A DNA stretch of 64,000 bases from NCBI RefSeq assembly GCF_018350175.1, contig NC_058368.1, positions 70,744,001-70,808,000 on the forward strand, written 5' to 3'. This document shows, one piece after another, positions 59,506 through 64,000 of the stretch (the stretch's first letter is position 1; each line of letters starts with the position of its first letter). The notes beneath the pieces were generated by a model. It was not told the origin of the DNA. It ran no database searches and saw only the letters and a program-made list of their open reading frames with translations. Position numbers and translations under genes: made by a program. Origin of the DNA: Felis catus. Taxonomy: Eukaryota.

Positions 59506-60806
59506 AAGAGGGTCAATCCAAACTCCACTACCTGGATTTCAAAGTCTCCTATTGTCTGGATACACTCCATTCATCCAACCCAACTCCCCCCCCCCCCCCC
59601 CCCCCCGCCTTTGGGCTATTCATTTAGGACACAATTCATGGACTTTGGGAATCTTCTAGAAGCTGGACAATATTGGGCAATCCCAGACAGCAAACCATAT
59701 TCCAACTGCAGGCCAAACTTAGCTTGCCACTTCTTTCCCACCACACAAAAAAGAGGGGGGAGTTTTATGGGTCCACTCGTTATTGGTAGTGTTTATAAAA
59801 TAAACAAATGTTAAACAATTTTTCCTCTAGGAAATACACTAAGCCAGAGATCTTCTTTATGATTTTTTTTCCAGTTCTTTGGGGGGAAAAAAATCCCCAG
59901 GAATTATTTTCTCAATAAACAATGGCAACAGTTTATTTTTGTTGGATTAAGTTGAATCCTTCCCCACTTTCTTTTTTTGGATTAAGTGGTTGACTACAGA
60001 AATGAGAAAGAGATAGTTTTTTCTATTCTTTTTTTTTTTTTTGTATGTGGTTTCTCTGGCTGGAAAATAAAAGCTCTGCATTCTTTCTGTATTCAGTGTA
60101 CTTCAAAGTTATAAAAATTTAGATAAAGTACATCAGGGTTATGGTTGTTCTAGATTTTAGTCTATTTATAACTTCCTCATATTTCACATTTGTTTGACCT
60201 CAGGTTAAAGGGATGCTTTTGAAAAGTATAATGATTTGATCCTAGCAATGGATATAGCAAAGATACCGGGGTCAATAAGTTAAATTAAAAGGCTTAAAAT
60301 AAAAAAAATAAAAAAAGAAGAAGAAGAAGAAGAAAAAGAAGACGAAAAAACTAGATTTGGCAAACTTTAAGTTTTGGACTGCATGACAATAGAATTTCCT
60401 AGCTGTGTCTCATAAAAGAATAATGGTGTGAAAAACATTTTTCAAAGCTTACCAGAGTAAAAAAGTTTGAACCAGAAGAAACTAATTTCCTAATATTCTG
60501 ACTCATTTTCACAATTTACAGAGAGATTTTCTTTGGATTTGTCTTTAGTACCTTTACACATGTGTTTTGTTTATTTTCTTTTCCACAAAAGTCTGAATAA
60601 TGCCAAATAATTTGGAGTTTTACAATATTAAATATATGCTTCAGTAATTTGCTTCAGTAATTTGCTGAGAGGAAAAAAGCAAGTTTCAAAACTATATATA
60701 TGTGATCTTAAAAAATATAAAAAGGAGTTGTGTGTATCTATAACTATCTAGAGAAAGATACATACACACATGCACGAAAAATGTGTAAGAACATGTATAT
60801 AAGGAT

Positions 60807-62203
60807 GGGGCGCCTGGGTGGCTCAGTCGGTTAAGTGTCCGGCTACAGCTCAGATCATGATCTTGTGATTTGTGAGTTCGAGCCCCGCATCGGGTTCTGT
60901 GCTGACAGCTCAGAGCCTGGAGCCTGCTTTGGATTGTTTCCCTCTCTCTCTGCTCCTCTCCCACTCATGCTCTGTCTCTCTCTCTCTCCAAATAAATAAA
61001 TAAACTTAAATAAAATAAAATAAAATGTTTTAAGAAAAAGAACCTGTCTATAAGGAGGATATCAAAATACTAACAATTACCTTGGTGTGTTAACTTTCTC
61101 TCCAGGCCCCTATTTATTTATTTTCATATGTTCCAATTTGTCTATAATGAACATATATTATTGCCTATAAAATACTAAATGGGACTTTTTTTTTTTAAAG
61201 AGAATAATTTTTAAAAAAATTGGAGAGAGAGAGAGAGAGCACACATGTGCACATGTCAGGGGGACAGAGGGAGAGGGAGGGAGAGACAGAATCCCTAGCA
61301 GGCTCCCCACCCAGCACAGAGCCCAATGTAGGGCTTGATCTCACAACCTTGAGATCATGATCTGAGCAGAAGTCAAGAGTGAGTAGCGTGGCCAACTGAG
61401 CCACCCAGGTGCCCCAAAAAAGAGAATAAATATTTAACAATCTGGCCTTTTCACCTGAGGAGTTCTTTCGTTTTTAAAAGTTATTTTGGGGCGCCTGGGT
61501 GGCGCAGTCGGTTAAGCGTCCGACTTCAGCCAGGTCACGATCTCGCGGTCGGTGAGTTCGAGCCCCGCGTCGGGCTCTGGGCTGATGGCTCAGAGCCTGG
61601 AGCCTGCTTCCGATTCTGTGTCTCCCTCTCTCTCTGCCCCTCCCCCGTTCATGCTCTGTCTCTCTCTGTCCCAAAAAATAAATAAACGTTGAAAAAAAAA
61701 TTTAAAAAAAAAAGTTATTTTTTTTATTTTTTTAATTATTTTTTTAAATTTTTTTTAACGTTTTATTTATTTTTGAGACAGAGAGAGACAGAGCATGAAC
61801 GGGGGAGGGGCAGAGAGAGAGGGAGACACAGAATCGGAAGCAGGCTCCAGGCTCTGAGCCATCAGCCCAGAGCCCGACGCGGGGCTCGAACTCACGGATC
61901 GTGAGATTGTGACCTGAGCCGAAGTCGGCCGCCCAACCAACTGAGCCACCCAGGTGCCCCGAAAAGTTATTTTATTTTTTTAATGTTTATTTATTTTGAG
62001 AGAGTGTGTGTGCACTCACACAAGGGCAGGGGGAGGGGCAGAGGGGAGAGAGAGAATTTTAAGCAGGCTCCATGCTCAGTGCAGTGCCTGATGTGGGGCC
62101 CGACATGGGGCTGTGTTAGGGCTCAATCCCATAACCCTGGGATCATGACCTGAGCCAAAATCAAGAGTCAGACACTCAACCGACTGAGCCACCCAGGTGC
62201 CCC
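60807..62203. mobile_element. Dense CAN-SINE cluster: + 60807-61025, - 61190-61415, + 61488-61713, - 61718-61960, - 61975-62203
   Basis: Five SINEC copies with recognisable heads, tails and TSDs. Confidence 0.93.
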
Positions 62204-63424
62204 TTGCCTGAAATCGCATGGCTAGCTTTATTGTTTCATGAGGCAGAAAATCAGAGTGGGAAAGGATGAGTTTGGATGCCATCAACTGCCTTCCTCACCC
62301 GGCTGGTCCTAACACGCCCCTAGAGAAGCATGTTGTGTGCAGGACAGTCTGGGCCTGCGTATCAGCTTTTCGTGTGCAACTTAACCAGCATGGAGAAGCT
62401 GTCACTAGACCAAGGGGTCAGGCAGATGTTGCTAAGTGAGATACTAACTTATGTTTAGAAAATGTTCTCATGCAGCGATCCTTTATTATGCTGTTATGGA
62501 TAAGATTAGATACTGACAATATGTGTAGGTTTAGAATTTGGCAGATGGCATTTTACTTCTTATAAATCAAAAGGAATACAGATCTAATTTAACTTAATCT
62601 CTCTTTGTGTTTCCAAATGTAGTCTGTTAAAATTTAGATATCTGAGGACGGAAATTATGAGAATTTACGAACAAGGCAATCCCACAACTGGTTTGGAGAA
62701 CATGCTGAGTGTTAGCTGCTGTTGCTGGGAATGAAGAAATGGACTTTGCATTCAGGGATTTGTGCTTTTCATTGCAACAAGTTCAAGATTTGCTTTGTCC
62801 TTTTGTTTTAAATCCTAGAACGACAAATAAAAATAAGAAGAGTGACTAGAGAATCTCAGCCACATGAACAATTATAAACAAAGGGTCCAATTTGTTAGAT
62901 GGACCATTTTGCCATCCTGGATCAAGGCCATTGTGGGCAGGGGCGCAAAGGTTTAGCAAATGGCGATTAAGGAACAGCTCAGAGCAATTAGATCATATAA
63001 AGTCCCAAATGCCTACTTTATCAGGATGAATCCAAGTTTGGCTCCTATTGCTAAAAGAAAAAATAAAAAGCAATGCACATGTTACTTACAAGCAAACCTG
63101 AGGGCATGCCATCTATTATCAGCAATAAACAGATTTGATTCTTTTGTAAATGAGATTGTCAGGGCCCAGGGGATTTGTCAGCACCCAGATAATCCTCAAA
63201 TCATCTGCCTGGCCTACCATGGTAATAGGAAATTGTCCGTAATAAGGCTGGTTAACAATCTTCTTGTCTGGTGCATTAAAGATTATTCCACAAAACCCAG
63301 AGGGTCTTAGCCAACCAGCCTTCATTGTATGATTCAACGTTACAAGTCCACAGAGGCTGTGAAGACTGTCACCTGTACAAGTCACTAGGCCCTCACTCTG
63401 CACAGCACAGGCTGGGACTCAGGG

Positions 63425-63663
63425 CGTTTTTTTGTTTGCTTTTTTGTTTTTTTGGTAATGTTTTATTATTTATTTTTGAGAGAGAGAGAGGGGCAGAGTG
63501 CAAGTGGGGGAGGGGCAGAGAGAGAGGAAGACAGAATCCAAAGCAGTTCCAGGCTCTGAGCTGTCAGCACAGAGCCTGATGTGGGGCTTGAACTCACAAG
63601 CTGTGAGATCATGACCTGAGCCGAAGTCAGATGCTTAACCTACTGAGCCACTCAGGCGCCCCT
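63425..63663 (-). mobile_element. CAN-SINE
   Basis: Reverse SINEC; TSD GGACTCAGGG(C/A)GTTTTT at ~63415 and ~63665. Confidence 0.92.
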
Positions 63664-64000
63664 AGGACTCAGGGAGTTTTTAATGCACTATGGGATATGA
63701 ACAGAGAACTCGGTGGCCACGGGCATGCCAAAGTGTACACAGTCTCCCACACTCCACATACGAAGATGGCACAGGTGCCAGGCAGATGTAGGGACCCACA
63801 GCTTCATGAAGATCACACCCTGGTTTCCTGTTTCTTCTTTTTGCCTTATTGTTCATATGATTCAAATTTAGTGTTTTGAGTAAGTATTACATACCTGTGT
63901 TTCAAAAAAGATGTCTCTGGTCTTTCGAGCTATACAGTGTCACTTTGGACTTACAATTGACTTTAAAGGCACTCTTTGAAAGCCAGTTTCTATGTACAGG

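Noticed and set aside
59586..59606. Long C/G homopolymers (also 43238-43253, 45114-45131) as possible G-quadruplexes
   Set aside because: Simple homopolymer runs with uncertain assembled length and no supporting context.
444..63879. Many 60-100 aa ORFs such as [16 protein letters not shown]..., [24 protein letters not shown]... and [17 protein letters not shown]...
   Set aside because: They are translations of CAN-SINE copies in different frames, not a gene family.
1..64000. CRISPR arrays, operons or other prokaryotic-type systems
   Set aside because: The sequence is clearly mammalian; the regularly recurring repeats are SINEs with TSDs, not repeat-spacer arrays.

Overview
Felid (cat-family) genomic DNA, judged from about 45 carnivore tRNA-Lys-derived CAN-SINEs that include the young feline SINEC_Fc type. 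The + strand carries the 3' portion of TM9SF2: 14 coding exons (exons 4-17 by recalled human numbering, 3838-40037). All have GT-AG introns and consistent phases, and the protein ends in ...VVKVD-stop, followed by a 3'UTR with AATAAA at 40641. The remaining ~23 kb is intergenic: L1 fragments, MaLR LTRs, hAT MITEs, SINEs and microsatellites. I found no convincing new multi-gene system. The most interesting signals are: a tailless U6 snRNA retrocopy with a target-site duplication (TSD); a SINE-L1 chimera; an orphan poly(A)-tailed retroposed fragment; a tail-to-tail inverted SINE pair with a possible gene-conversion signature; a candidate 19-nt poison microexon; a candidate cryptic exon next to (UG)25; and a possible in-frame exon 5-8 circRNA. 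Repeat family names and boundaries were assigned by eye and are approximate.
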